Shown here: piece by piece, positions 1 through 10,350 of the stretch | How the letters are laid out: the number at the start of each line of letters is the position of its first letter | Position numbering within the stretch: the stretch's first letter is position 1 | From: an uncultured Flavobacteriaceae bacterium | GTDB taxonomy: Bacteria; Bacteroidota; Bacteroidia; Flavobacteriales; Flavobacteriaceae | Assembly (NCBI GenBank): GCA_964655975.1 | Contig: CAZZPG010000001.1 | Coordinates: forward strand, 1-32,862 | DNA: 32,862 nt | Direction: 5' to 3' | The notes under the pieces: generated by a model | What the model was told of the DNA's origin: nothing | The model's input: only the letters and a program-made list of their open reading frames with translations | Database searches by the model: none | Position numbers and translations under genes: made by a program

Positions 1-921
1 TTAAACGTTTTTAAAGAAAAACGTATAAATATTTTAGCACCACGTAATGTAACAGTACCAGTTTTTACAGGAATAACAAAAGAAAAAAGACCTGATGAAA
101 ATATTGGAAAGACAGAAAACAAAGGGTTTGAAGTAGTTGTAGGCTATCGAAATAATTTTGGTGATTTTGGATTTAATGCATCAGCAAACTTTGCTTATTC
201 AAAAAACAAAATAGTGTTTAAAGATGCCGTTCCTCCAGCAGAAGACTATCAAAACTTAGAAGGCCAACCTATTGGAAGTCGATTACTATATAATGCCATA
301 GGTATTTATAGAACACAAGCCGACTTAGATAACAATCCTGGACCAGCAAATGTAGGTATTGGAGATTTAATATATGCCGATACTAATAATGATGGTGAAA
401 TTACAGCTAATGATAGAATTGTATTCGATAAAACATCAATACCAGAAATACAATTTGGATTAAATTTAGGAATTACTTATAAAGACTTTGAACTAAATAC
501 TTTATTTCAAGGACAAGCTGGTGTTAATTTCGAAACAAGAGCCATTTTTGGAGAGGGTGATTTATCATACGTTTTGCGTAATGCATATACCGTAGATAAC
601 CCTAGTGCTTCGTTACCAAGAATAGGAGGAACAGAATCTTTAAGGAATGGATATGATGGAGGTGAATTTGCTTCTACATTTTGGCAAAGAGATGCTTCAT
701 TTGTAAGACTTAGAAATATTGAATTAGCTTACAACTTCCCTAAAGAGATGATTTCCAAAATAGGAATAAACAGGTTAAGACTTTACTTAAGTGGAAGTAA
801 CTTATTAGTATTTGATGGGCTAAAAAAGGACGGATTAGCAGATCCTGAACAAACTAATGAACTTTCTTGGCAAATCCCACTCCAACAGCTATTCAATTTA
901 GGTGTTAATATAACTTTTTAA
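1..921 (+). CDS. susC: SusC-like TonB-dependent transporter, 3' part (5' end lies outside the window)
   Basis: Frame is open from base 1 (LNVFKEKRINILAPRN...NIGKTENKGFE...NFAYSKNKI), so the ORF-track start at 214 is not the true start. SusC C-terminal motifs GDLIYADTNNDGEIT and DASFVRLRNIELAYNFP, terminal GVNITF. Followed after 10 bp by susD. Confidence 0.95.
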   Translation, partial: LNVFKEKRINILAPRNVTVPVFTGITKEKRPDENIGKTENKGFEVVVGYRNNFGDFGFNASANFAYSKNKIVFKDAVPPAEDYQNLEGQPIGSRLLYNAIGIYRTQADLDNNPGPANVGIGDLIYADTNNDGEITANDRIVFDKTSIPEIQFGLNLGITYKDFELNTLFQGQAGVNFETRAIFGEGDLSYVLRNAYTVDNPSASLPRIGGTESLRNGYDGGEFASTFWQRDASFVRLRNIELAYNFPKEMISKIGINRLRLYLSGSNLLVFDGLKKDGLADPEQTNELSWQIPLQQLFNLGVNITF

Positions 922-931
922 AGAATAAATT

Positions 932-2644
932 ATGAATATAAAAAAGAATATTAAAAAAATGATAACTACAAAAAATGTGTTGGCAATTATTGTTTTGATA
1001 ATTACAACAGTACTTTTAAATTCTTGCAGTGAAGATATATTAGATAAACAACCACTTTCAGATATTTCCGATAAAAATATTTTTAACGATGATGTATTAA
1101 TGGAAGCTTATGTTAATGGTACATATAAAACTTTTAGATTTTTTCAATTTGGAGCATTTTTTACAGAAGGCTCAACAGATAATGCTCAAAATACAGAAGG
1201 GCAATACATTCGTTACAATCGTAATGAAACAACACCAGATAATGGAGGGTTCTTTACCCAAGAAGCATGGTCACACAACTATTCATATATTAGAAAGGTA
1301 AACCTATTTTTTTTAAAAACAGAAAACGGGTCAAATGTTACACCAAAAATTTTTAAAAGATTAACTGCTGAAATGCGATTTTTAAGAGCATGGTCTTATT
1401 TTAATTTAATAAGTTGGTATGGAGATGTTCCATTAGTTACAGATGTTATTGAATTAGGATCAGAATCTTTTGATAGATCTAGAACCCCTTATGATGAAGT
1501 TGTAACTTTTATTGTTAATGATTTAGATGCTGCAATACTTGATTTACCCATTGAAGCATTTAATGCCAATACAGGTAAAGCAACACGTGGAGCTGCAATG
1601 GCATTAAAATCTAGAGTATTGCTATACGCAGCAAGTTCATTACATAACCCAAATAATGATATGAGTAAGTGGCAAGCAGCAAGTGATGCAGCAGAAACTG
1701 CCATGAATTTGCCTGAGTATAATATAGACCCAGATTATTCAAATATTTATAACGAAACACGTTCAAATGAGGTTATGTATGGTCGTGGTTATACGTTAGA
1801 GAATCCAGCAAATTTTATTGCTTGGGCAGGATGGAATTTTGTTATTGATCGTTATTATTTACCAGCAGGCTATGGCTATAAGGTTGATAATCGTTTTACA
1901 GTACTACAATCATTAGTAGATGCCTATGAAACTAAAGATGGAAATCCTCTAAATCCACAAGACCCATGGAATAACAGAGACCCAAGGTTAGATATGACTA
2001 TAATACACCACAATAGCATTGTCAATGTACGAGGTACACCTACAACAATTGAGTTTCATGTTGATAAAAATGACCCAACAAATGCTACTTTAGCAGGGCC
2101 AGCCGCTTCAATTCAAGATACAGGAAGTCGTTCAGGATATAATATTTTAAAGCAGACAGACCCTTCTAAAGAACTTAAAACATCAAATCCAGATCATTTT
2201 AAGCCTTGGGTTTATTTTCGTTTGGCAGAAATGTATTTAAACTATGCAGAAGCACAAATAGAATTAGGAAATGATGCCAATGCCAGAACAGCAATTAATG
2301 TTGTAAGAAGTAGAGCCAATGTAAATATGCCAAATGTTACAGAATCTGGTAATGATTTACGCTTACGTTACAGAAATGAACGTAGAGTTGAGTTAGCATT
2401 AGAAAATCATAGATGGTATGATATTATCCGTTGGAAAATTGGAGATGTAGTATTAACACAACCAGCAATGGGGGTAACTATTTTGAGAGATAATACAACC
2501 ATACCTTTTACTGATAGTTATACGTATGACAAAGTTCTTGATAATTTGCGTACATGGAATTTAAGTATGAGTTATTTACCTATCCCACGAAGTGAAATTG
2601 AAGCAAGCCCATCCTTAACTCAAAATCCAGGGTATCCAAAATAA
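932..2644 (+). CDS. susD: SusD/RagB family glycan-binding lipoprotein
   Basis: Lipobox LNSC-SED. Motifs AEMRFLRAWSYF, YGDVPL, FRLAEMYLNYAEA, RNERRVELALENHRWYDIIRW and terminal LTQNPGY. The start could be the later Met at 959. Confidence 0.96.
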   Translation: MNIKKNIKKMITTKNVLAIIVLIITTVLLNSCSEDILDKQPLSDISDKNIFNDDVLMEAYVNGTYKTFRFFQFGAFFTEGSTDNAQNTEGQYIRYNRNETTPDNGGFFTQEAWSHNYSYIRKVNLFFLKTENGSNVTPKIFKRLTAEMRFLRAWSYFNLISWYGDVPLVTDVIELGSESFDRSRTPYDEVVTFIVNDLDAAILDLPIEAFNANTGKATRGAAMALKSRVLLYAASSLHNPNNDMSKWQAASDAAETAMNLPEYNIDPDYSNIYNETRSNEVMYGRGYTLENPANFIAWAGWNFVIDRYYLPAGYGYKVDNRFTVLQSLVDAYETKDGNPLNPQDPWNNRDPRLDMTIIHHNSIVNVRGTPTTIEFHVDKNDPTNATLAGPAASIQDTGSRSGYNILKQTDPSKELKTSNPDHFKPWVYFRLAEMYLNYAEAQIELGNDANARTAINVVRSRANVNMPNVTESGNDLRLRYRNERRVELALENHRWYDIIRWKIGDVVLTQPAMGVTILRDNTTIPFTDSYTYDKVLDNLRTWNLSMSYLPIPRSEIEASPSLTQNPGYPK

Positions 2645-2679
2645 TGATTAAATGATACGATATTAATCTTTATAAAAGT

Positions 2680-2715
2680 AAAGCCTATAAATTAAATATT
2701 TAATTTATAGGCTTT
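2680..2715. terminator. Perfect 36-bp palindrome after susD (terminator, attenuator or mRNA-stabilising stem-loop)
   Basis: AAAGCCTATAAATTAAATATTTAATTTATAGGCTTT is its own reverse complement. It starts 35 bp after the susD stop and is followed by CTT. Confidence 0.75.
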
Positions 2716-2779
2716 CTTGATAAAATAGTAAATCTTTATGCTTATAATCTTTTGATAATAAAGCACCTAATTAAAATAA

Positions 2780-5700
2780 ATGAAAATTAATAATATTATG
2801 AAAAACTTTAGTTACATAATACCCTTTATATTGCTAATGATATTTTTTTCATGTGATAAAAAAATATCTAAAAAAAGTAAAAGCAAGCTGTTTGTAGCAT
2901 TAGATTCTAAAAATACAGGTATAATTTTCAATAATAAATTAACAGAAAATGATTCTGTAAATTATTTTAAATATGGATATATGTATCTAGGGGGAGGAGT
3001 TGCTGTAGGAGACCTTAACAATGATGGATTACAAGATATATATTTTACTGGTAATATGGTTAAAAACAAACTTTATATTAATAAAGGTAATCTAACCTTT
3101 AAAGATGCTACAGAAGTTTCAGGTGTTTCCTCAGGTAACCAATGGCATACAGGGGTTACTATGGTAGATATAAATGGAGATGGATGGTTAGATATATATG
3201 TGAGTGTATCAGGAATATGGTTAAGTAAAAAAAACCTATTATATATAAACCAAGGAGTTAATGCTAACGGAATTCCAGTTTTTAAAGAACAAAGCGAAGC
3301 CTTTGGACTCGCTGATGCTGGAAACAGTATTCAAGCCTACTTTTTTGATTATGATAATGATAACGATTTAGATGTGTATGTAATTAATTACCCTGTAACT
3401 TCATATCGTACAACTCCAAAACAATACGATAAAATGATGAAAAATGTTACCAATTTAGAATCAAATACACTTTACAGAAACAATGGGGATGATACATTTA
3501 CAGACGTAACACAAAAAGCAGGATTAAAGAGTTTTGGTTTGTCATTATCTGCTGCAATAGCCGATTTTAACCAAGATGGACTTATGGATATTTATGTATC
3601 AAATGATTTTGCTACATCTGATAATTTTTATTTTAATAATGGAGATGGAACATTTACTGACCAAATTAAAAATACTGTAAACCAAGCTTCATTTTTTGGT
3701 ATGGGTACAGACGTAGCAGACTTTAATAATGATGGATTATTAGATTTTTTTCAGCTTGAGATGACACCCAAAAACAATCGCCGTTCTAAAGCAAATATGC
3801 AAAGCATGAATATAGGTCTATTTGAGATGATGAAGAAATATAATTTTCACACACAATACATGGAAAATTCATTACAATTAAATATGGGTAATACTAGTGA
3901 TAATCTACCTCATTTTAGTAATATATCTAGATTAGCCAAAGTGTCCTTAAGCGATTGGAGTTGGGCAACTCTTTTTGCTGATTTTGATAATGATGGATTA
4001 AATGATTTATTTATTACCAATGGAACAAAAAAAGAAGTAAATAATAAAGACTATCTAAGTAAAATTAATAAAAAATATTCTGGAAATATAACTAAAATTA
4101 ATCTAGTTGAACTAATCAATCAAATGCCTTCAGAGAAAATAGAAAATTATGCATTTAAAAATAATGGAAACTTAACCTTTAGTGACAATAGCGAAAAATG
4201 GGGGCTAAATTTTAAAGGATTTTCAAATGGAACCGCCTATGCAGATTTAGACAATGATGGAGATTTAGATCTGATAATCAATAACTTGGATACCAAAAGT
4301 ATGCTGTTTAAAAATACAGCTTCTGAAAAAACTAGTAAAAATAATTTTTTAAAAATAGTCTTAAAAGGCAAAGGAAATAACGTTAATGGGATAGGCTCAA
4401 AATTACATATTTATTATAATGGTAAAAAGCAATTTAAAGAATTAATGTTATCAAGAGGATTCCAATCATCAGTACCACCTATATTGCATTTTGGTTTAGG
4501 ACAAAACAAAATAATAGACAGTTTACTTGTTCAATGGACTGATGGTAATTCACAAAAATTAACAGATATTCAAGTTAATAAACAGTTAGTCTTGAATTAT
4601 TCAAATTCTAAAAAACAAAATAATAGCTTAATAAATAAGAAGGAAAAACCTTTTCTATTTAATAATATTACTTCTTCTATTAATTTAAATCAGAAACACA
4701 TCGAAAATTATTTTGATGACTATCTTTATCAAATATTATTACCCAATAAAATGTCTCAATTTGGACCTGCACTAGCTGTTGGAGATATAAATAATGATAA
4801 TCTAGGTGATTTTTTTGTAGGAGGAGCATCTGGTTATTATGGTGCAATTTATAAACAGCAAGTTGATGGTACTTTCGAAAAACAAGAATTGAATTCTAGT
4901 TGGAAACGAGATGATATTAAAGAAGATGTTGGTGCTATTTTTTTTGATGCTAATGGAGATGGGTTTAAAGATTTATATGTGGTTAGTGGCGGAAATGAGT
5001 TCTATAAAAATTCCAAACCCTATCAAGATAGACTGTATATTAATGATACAAAAGGAAACTTTATAAAAAATGAAGTAGCACTACCAAAAATGTATAGTAG
5101 TGGGTCAAGAGTTGTTCCAGCTGATTATGATAATGATGGAGATTTAGACCTTTTTATCGGAGGAAGACAAACACCACGAAATTATCCTTTACCAACCAGT
5201 AGTTTTATTTTAAGAAATGATAGTAAAGATAATAAAATAATCTTTACAGATGTTACTAATGATATTGCTCCAGAATTGATTAATATTGGTATGGTAACCG
5301 ATGCTGTTTGGACTGATTACAATAATGATAATACGCTTGATTTAGTTGTTGTTGGCGAATGGATGCCTCTAACTTTCTTTAAAAATGAAAATGGAACGTT
5401 TAAGAATAAAACAAAAGAGTTAGGTTTAGAAAAATCTACTGGATGGTGGAATACTATAAAAGCAGAAGACTTTGACAATGATGGAGATATTGATTTTGTA
5501 GCAGGAAACCTAGGATTAAATTATAAATACAAAGCCTCTAAAAAAGAATCATTTGATATTTATGCAGATGATTTTGATAACAATAAAAGTACAGATATAG
5601 TTTTAGGCTATTATAATGAAGGAAAACAATATCCTGTTAGAGGAAGGTCATGTTCCTCTCAACAAATACCAGCTATTAAAATAAAATTTAAAGATTATAA

Positions 5701-6154
5701 TTCATTTGCAAAGGCTAATTTAGCCGATGTTTATTCAACACAAAGTCTTAAAAACGCATTGCATTATCAAGCCTATAATTTTGCAAGTTCGTATATAGAG
5801 AATTTAGGAAATAGAGAATTTAAAATAACTAATCTTCCTAATGAAGCTCAATTTTCATCTATCAATAGTATTCTTTCTGATGATGTAAATAATGATGGAT
5901 ATTTAGATTTAATTGTGTCAGGAAATTTATATGTTTCAGAAGTAGAAACCCCTAGAAATGACGCTAGTTATGGTCTATATCTAGAAGGAGATGGAAAAGG
6001 AGGTTTCAACCCTATTCCATCATATAAAAGTGGCTTATTTGTAAAAGGAGATGTTAAAAATGCCAAATGGATAAGAATAAAAGAAGGAAAACAAGCAATA
6101 CTATTTGCTAAAAATAATGAAAAACTTCAATTAGTAAAAATAACTTCAAATTAA
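2780..6154 (+). CDS. FG-GAP/VCBS repeat lipoprotein with ASPIC/UnbV domain (CRTAC1-like)
   Basis: Lipobox FFSC. Many DxN/DxDGxxD Ca-binding repeats (GDLNNDGLQD, DINGDGWLD, DFNQDGLMD, DLDNDGDLD, DVNNDGYLD). Central ASPIC-type segment GIGSKL...RGFQSSV..LHFGLG...VQWTDG. Confidence 0.9.
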   Translation: MKINNIMKNFSYIIPFILLMIFFSCDKKISKKSKSKLFVALDSKNTGIIFNNKLTENDSVNYFKYGYMYLGGGVAVGDLNNDGLQDIYFTGNMVKNKLYINKGNLTFKDATEVSGVSSGNQWHTGVTMVDINGDGWLDIYVSVSGIWLSKKNLLYINQGVNANGIPVFKEQSEAFGLADAGNSIQAYFFDYDNDNDLDVYVINYPVTSYRTTPKQYDKMMKNVTNLESNTLYRNNGDDTFTDVTQKAGLKSFGLSLSAAIADFNQDGLMDIYVSNDFATSDNFYFNNGDGTFTDQIKNTVNQASFFGMGTDVADFNNDGLLDFFQLEMTPKNNRRSKANMQSMNIGLFEMMKKYNFHTQYMENSLQLNMGNTSDNLPHFSNISRLAKVSLSDWSWATLFADFDNDGLNDLFITNGTKKEVNNKDYLSKINKKYSGNITKINLVELINQMPSEKIENYAFKNNGNLTFSDNSEKWGLNFKGFSNGTAYADLDNDGDLDLIINNLDTKSMLFKNTASEKTSKNNFLKIVLKGKGNNVNGIGSKLHIYYNGKKQFKELMLSRGFQSSVPPILHFGLGQNKIIDSLLVQWTDGNSQKLTDIQVNKQLVLNYSNSKKQNNSLINKKEKPFLFNNITSSINLNQKHIENYFDDYLYQILLPNKMSQFGPALAVGDINNDNLGDFFVGGASGYYGAIYKQQVDGTFEKQELNSSWKRDDIKEDVGAIFFDANGDGFKDLYVVSGGNEFYKNSKPYQDRLYINDTKGNFIKNEVALPKMYSSGSRVVPADYDNDGDLDLFIGGRQTPRNYPLPTSSFILRNDSKDNKIIFTDVTNDIAPELINIGMVTDAVWTDYNNDNTLDLVVVGEWMPLTFFKNENGTFKNKTKELGLEKSTGWWNTIKAEDFDNDGDIDFVAGNLGLNYKYKASKKESFDIYADDFDNNKSTDIVLGYYNEGKQYPVRGRSCSSQQIPAIKIKFKDYNSFAKANLADVYSTQSLKNALHYQAYNFASSYIENLGNREFKITNLPNEAQFSSINSILSDDVNNDGYLDLIVSGNLYVSEVETPRNDASYGLYLEGDGKGGFNPIPSYKSGLFVKGDVKNAKWIRIKEGKQAILFAKNNEKLQLVKITSN

Positions 6155-6275
6155 TAATATCTTAATAAGAAAAGATTAATAATGAAACCTTTTAGACTAA
6201 TATCTAGTCTATGAAACCTATTTTATCCCATAACTTGGCTGATATTGTTTAATATATAATTTGAGTTAGTAGATT

Positions 6276-6305
6276 AATCAAAAGGGCACTTTTGCCCTTT
6301 TGATT
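6276..6305 (+). terminator. Rho-independent terminator-like hairpin 22 nt upstream of the GH89 start
   Basis: 13-bp stem AATCAAAAGGGCA / TGCCCTTTTGATT with a 4-nt loop (CTTT), followed by TCTTTT. Confidence 0.7.
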
Positions 6306-6327
6306 TCTTTTAAAAAAGGAATAAATA

Positions 6328-8529
6328 ATGATTAAAAAATATAGCTATGCCATCTTTACTTTTGTAATATTTGTAAATTTTGGATGTATTGATAATAGCA
6401 AAAATTTAACTACAAATTTAAACCCTATTGACGGTTTAGTAAAAAGAATTGCTCCAAACCATACAGATAAATTTATTTTCGAAAAACTAGAAAACATTAC
6501 TGAAGATATTTTTGAATTAACATCAGAAAAAAATAAAATTATTATCTCTGGAAATAATTACAACTCAATGGCAGTTGGTTTTAACTATTATTTAAAAAAT
6601 TATTGCAATACCTATGTGTCTTGGTATGCAAATGATAAAATTGAAATATCAGATGAATTACCATTGATATCTAAAAAAATAACAAAATCTGCTAGAGTTG
6701 AAAATCGGTTTTTTCTAAACTATTGCACTTTTGGTTATACAATGCCTTGGTGGCAATGGAAAGATTGGGAACGTTTTATAGATTGGATGGCTTTAAATGG
6801 CATCAATATGCCTTTAGCAATTACTGGACAAGAAGCAATATGGTACGAGGTTTGGAAAGAATATGGCTTGTCTGATAAACAAATAAGAAATTATTTTACA
6901 GGCCCTGCACATTTACCATGGCATCGTATGTCTAATCTAGACAAATGGGGAGGAGCTTTACCTCAATCTTGGTTAACTCATCAAAAAGAATTACAAAAGA
7001 AAATTGTAGAGCGTGAACGTGAATTAGGTATGAAACCCGTATTACCTGCTTTTGCTGGTCATGTTCCAGAAGCCTTAAAAACAATATTTCCAAAGGCAAA
7101 AATAAGTCAGTTAAGCTCTTGGGGTGGGTTTGAAGATAAATACAGAAGTTTCTTTTTAGACCCATTAGACCCTGTTTTTAGAGAAATTCAACATAAATTT
7201 TTAACAAAACAAACAGAGTTATATGGTACAGACCATGTTTATGGAGCTGACCCTTTTAATGAAGTGCATCCTCCTAGTTGGGAGCCTGAATATTTAGCAA
7301 CAGTTTCAAAGACTATTTATACTTCGATGAAAGAAGTTGATACTGACGCAACATGGTTACAAATGTCATGGATTTTTTCATTTGAAAGAGAAAATTGGAC
7401 TAATGAAAGGATTGAAGCCATGCTTAAAGCAGTACCTCAAAAAAAAATGATGCTGTTGGATTATTTCTGTGAAAATAAGGAAGTTTGGAAAATGACAGAT
7501 TCTTTTTTCAAACAACCTTTTATTTGGTGTTATTTAGGAAACTTTGGTGGAAACACCATGCTCGCTGGAAATTTAGATGAAGTAGAAAGACGTATAGAAA
7601 ATGCCCTTGAAAATAACCAAAATATGTGGGGAATTGGCTCTACATTAGAAGCTTTAGATGTTAATCCATTAATGTATGAATATGTCTTTGAAAAAGTATG
7701 GGCAGATGGAATGACAGACACCAATATTTGGATAAAAAATTGGGCAGACATACGCTATGGTGGCAAAGAAGAAAATAATAGGAAAGCTTGGGAAATTCTA
7801 CATCACAAAATTTACAAAGACCCTGCTAGATTAGGACAAGCAACCTTAACCAATGCAAGACCAACATTAACTGGAAGTGGAAACTGGACTACCAACCCTA
7901 CTATTGATTATGACAATTCAGATTTGTTTAAAGCATGGGAGTTAATGCTTAAATCTCCAAGTAATTCATCAAGCTATCAATATGATGTAGTTAATATAGG
8001 AAGACAAGTATTGGGAAATCATTTTTCAGTATTGAGAGGTCAATTTACAAAAAACTATAAAACTAAAAATCTAGAAAAGCTAAAAGAATCTGGGAATAAG
8101 ATGCTTACATTATTTGATGATTTAGATCAATTATTAGCAACTCATAATTCGTTCCTTGTAGGAAAATGGTTAAAAGATGCTAAAACATTTGGTATTAACG
8201 AAAAGGAAAAAAAATATTACGAACACAATGCAAGAAATATTATAACAACTTGGGGAATAGGAGCACAAAGTTTAAATGATTATGCCAACCGCTCTTGGGC
8301 AGGTTTAACCAAAGGGTTTTATAAAAAACGTTGGAAAATGTTTATTAATGATGTAATACAAGCAGTTGAAAATAATAAAGAATTTGATAAAAAAAGTTTC
8401 TTTGATAAAGTAACTCAATTTGAGTGGAAATGGACACAAGGCAGTGATGAATACATTTTTAAACCTACAAATAATACAATTGTAATTGCTAAAAATTTAG
8501 TTGAGAAATATAAAAATGAGGCATTTTAG
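6328..8529 (+). CDS. GH89 alpha-N-acetylglucosaminidase (lipoprotein)
   Basis: NAGLU-family motifs LNYCTFGYTMPWW, IDWMALNGINMPLA, GPAHLPWHRMSN, PVLPAFAGHVP, DPFNE, NFGGN, STLEAL, NARNIITTWG and LNDYANRSWAG. Both catalytic-type Glu positions are present. Lipobox NFGC. Confidence 0.96.
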   Translation: MIKKYSYAIFTFVIFVNFGCIDNSKNLTTNLNPIDGLVKRIAPNHTDKFIFEKLENITEDIFELTSEKNKIIISGNNYNSMAVGFNYYLKNYCNTYVSWYANDKIEISDELPLISKKITKSARVENRFFLNYCTFGYTMPWWQWKDWERFIDWMALNGINMPLAITGQEAIWYEVWKEYGLSDKQIRNYFTGPAHLPWHRMSNLDKWGGALPQSWLTHQKELQKKIVERERELGMKPVLPAFAGHVPEALKTIFPKAKISQLSSWGGFEDKYRSFFLDPLDPVFREIQHKFLTKQTELYGTDHVYGADPFNEVHPPSWEPEYLATVSKTIYTSMKEVDTDATWLQMSWIFSFERENWTNERIEAMLKAVPQKKMMLLDYFCENKEVWKMTDSFFKQPFIWCYLGNFGGNTMLAGNLDEVERRIENALENNQNMWGIGSTLEALDVNPLMYEYVFEKVWADGMTDTNIWIKNWADIRYGGKEENNRKAWEILHHKIYKDPARLGQATLTNARPTLTGSGNWTTNPTIDYDNSDLFKAWELMLKSPSNSSSYQYDVVNIGRQVLGNHFSVLRGQFTKNYKTKNLEKLKESGNKMLTLFDDLDQLLATHNSFLVGKWLKDAKTFGINEKEKKYYEHNARNIITTWGIGAQSLNDYANRSWAGLTKGFYKKRWKMFINDVIQAVENNKEFDKKSFFDKVTQFEWKWTQGSDEYIFKPTNNTIVIAKNLVEKYKNEAF

Positions 8530-8557
8530 AGAAATATTGACAACTTAAATTACAAAG

Positions 8558-10342
8558 ATGGATAAAATTAAAATTCTATATATTGTTTTAATGCTAATTT
8601 ATTTTAGCTGTTCTAAAAACAGTAAATTAGAGCCTTCAAAACCCATTCTAGAGACCAGCATAGAAATAGGATATTTAGAAACTGAAAAAGGAAGCTATAA
8701 TTTAGGGGAACAAATTAATTTAAACGCTTTCAAAATAAAAAACAGTTCAACTACTGCTGTTAGCATTTCTAGTATAGTTGTGAGGATAAAAGACTTTGTT
8801 ACAAATGCTATTCTTCATAATCTTGAAATAGCAAAAAATATAAAGATTGAAGCTGGTAAAGAACAAAGTCTTAATTCAAATACAATTTTTACTATTCCTG
8901 CTAATTTTGAAAAAAAAGCTTATGGAATTTATATAAGAACAGTTTTTTCTAATGGTAACACAAATGAACTTTACAAAACCTTTTTTAGAGTTGTAGATGA
9001 GAATACTTTAACAACTTACCAAATTGATAAAGAAGACTACCAAGGGCTCCCAGTATTTAAATTACGAGGTGGTTTAAGTGCAGAATATACTATTCAAAAA
9101 TCGGTAGCAACATTTGTCTCAGGAATTTCTCATTCATGGACTTCGCCAATAGAAACCATTGCTTCAACACCAGATTTTTTAGAAAGGTCTATTAACAATA
9201 CCATTGATTTCTATAATGATGCGATTGGGTCGTCAACTCAAGTTAAAACCGTTATTATTTCGACTGGTATTCCAGGAGTACAGTATTTAGCACGAAATAT
9301 GAAAGCAATTGTATTACCATTGCATTATCTTGTAGCATCAGGTACTGTTAAAGAAGCACAAACCATTTTAGAACACGCAAATCATTCAGGTTATTCTGTA
9401 TATGGTACATTAGGGCATGATTTTTCGATTACCAATACACAAAGTGTGGGATGGATAAAATTATTAGATTTACCAGAACAATACAAGAAATTTATCAATA
9501 ATCATCAAGTAAAAAATGTTATTTTATTAGGTCATACAGGTATTAATGATGGTGAAACAGAAGCTCAAAAGGTAACAGATACTAGAAGTAAACATGAAGC
9601 AGGTTCTTTGTACTTAATGCGTTTTTCTGGTGATGCTTCAGATGGGTATTTAAAACAAATACTAAGCGATTATACTACTACTAGATTATCTAGTGTTACC
9701 AAAGTTGCCGACTGGGAAGCAGGTATTATTTCTGAACAAATAGATAATTTTACTAATACACTTAAAGAAGAAACAAGCGTTTCCGTTACATCAATAACAG
9801 CCAATGATGGTGTACATTTATGGAATTTAGGAACCTATACCTCATTGGCATTAATACAAAAAAATAAATCTATTTTTGAAGTAGGAGGAGCAGTATTAAG
9901 AGGAATTTCTACCAATCAATATTTATTAGGAAACCCAAGTTACGAAAGCTATATTAGATATGTCCCTTTTTTATATTTTGCAGGGTTTTCTGCCGAATTT
10001 CAATACGACAATTGGTTGAGTACTAAAATAAAATCAGCTATTAACAGCTATTTTCCAGATATCGTATTTGAGGATTTAATATTTTGGACAAACGATGCTT
10101 CTATGGATGTTTTATTGAGGGCTAAAGGATTAACCGTTTGGTCAAGTAATTATCAAGAAGGACAACTTTGGGATACCAGTAATGGGTTAAATAGCCTCAC
10201 AGAAGTTAGAGCTGTAGATATTCTTAATAAGACAACCCCTTCAGAATTTAAAAACTGGAATGAAAGTTTACAGTATTTAGACTTAAATGATTTACAAGAT
10301 ATATCCAATAAATTCCCTGAAATTAAAGTTACCTTAAAATAA
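8558..10342 (+). CDS. Hypothetical lipoprotein A, paralog of 10351..12168 (beta-rich N-terminal domain plus alpha/beta core)
   Basis: 594-aa ORF with lipobox YFSC (Cys18), 28 bp after GH89. Collinear motif sharing with the next gene shows it is coding. Family not recognised. Confidence 0.85.
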   Translation: MDKIKILYIVLMLIYFSCSKNSKLEPSKPILETSIEIGYLETEKGSYNLGEQINLNAFKIKNSSTTAVSISSIVVRIKDFVTNAILHNLEIAKNIKIEAGKEQSLNSNTIFTIPANFEKKAYGIYIRTVFSNGNTNELYKTFFRVVDENTLTTYQIDKEDYQGLPVFKLRGGLSAEYTIQKSVATFVSGISHSWTSPIETIASTPDFLERSINNTIDFYNDAIGSSTQVKTVIISTGIPGVQYLARNMKAIVLPLHYLVASGTVKEAQTILEHANHSGYSVYGTLGHDFSITNTQSVGWIKLLDLPEQYKKFINNHQVKNVILLGHTGINDGETEAQKVTDTRSKHEAGSLYLMRFSGDASDGYLKQILSDYTTTRLSSVTKVADWEAGIISEQIDNFTNTLKEETSVSVTSITANDGVHLWNLGTYTSLALIQKNKSIFEVGGAVLRGISTNQYLLGNPSYESYIRYVPFLYFAGFSAEFQYDNWLSTKIKSAINSYFPDIVFEDLIFWTNDASMDVLLRAKGLTVWSSNYQEGQLWDTSNGLNSLTEVRAVDILNKTTPSEFKNWNESLQYLDLNDLQDISNKFPEIKVTLK

Positions 10343-10350
10343 AATTATAT

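Noticed and set aside
214-921. ORF-track 235-aa protein as a complete gene
   Set aside because: The frame is open back to base 1, so it is the tail of susC.
2980-5910. Recurring GAT/AAT-rich DNA motifs as a repeat array or CRISPR
   Set aside because: They are codons for the FG-GAP Ca-binding repeats. There is no constant repeat-spacer structure and no cas genes.
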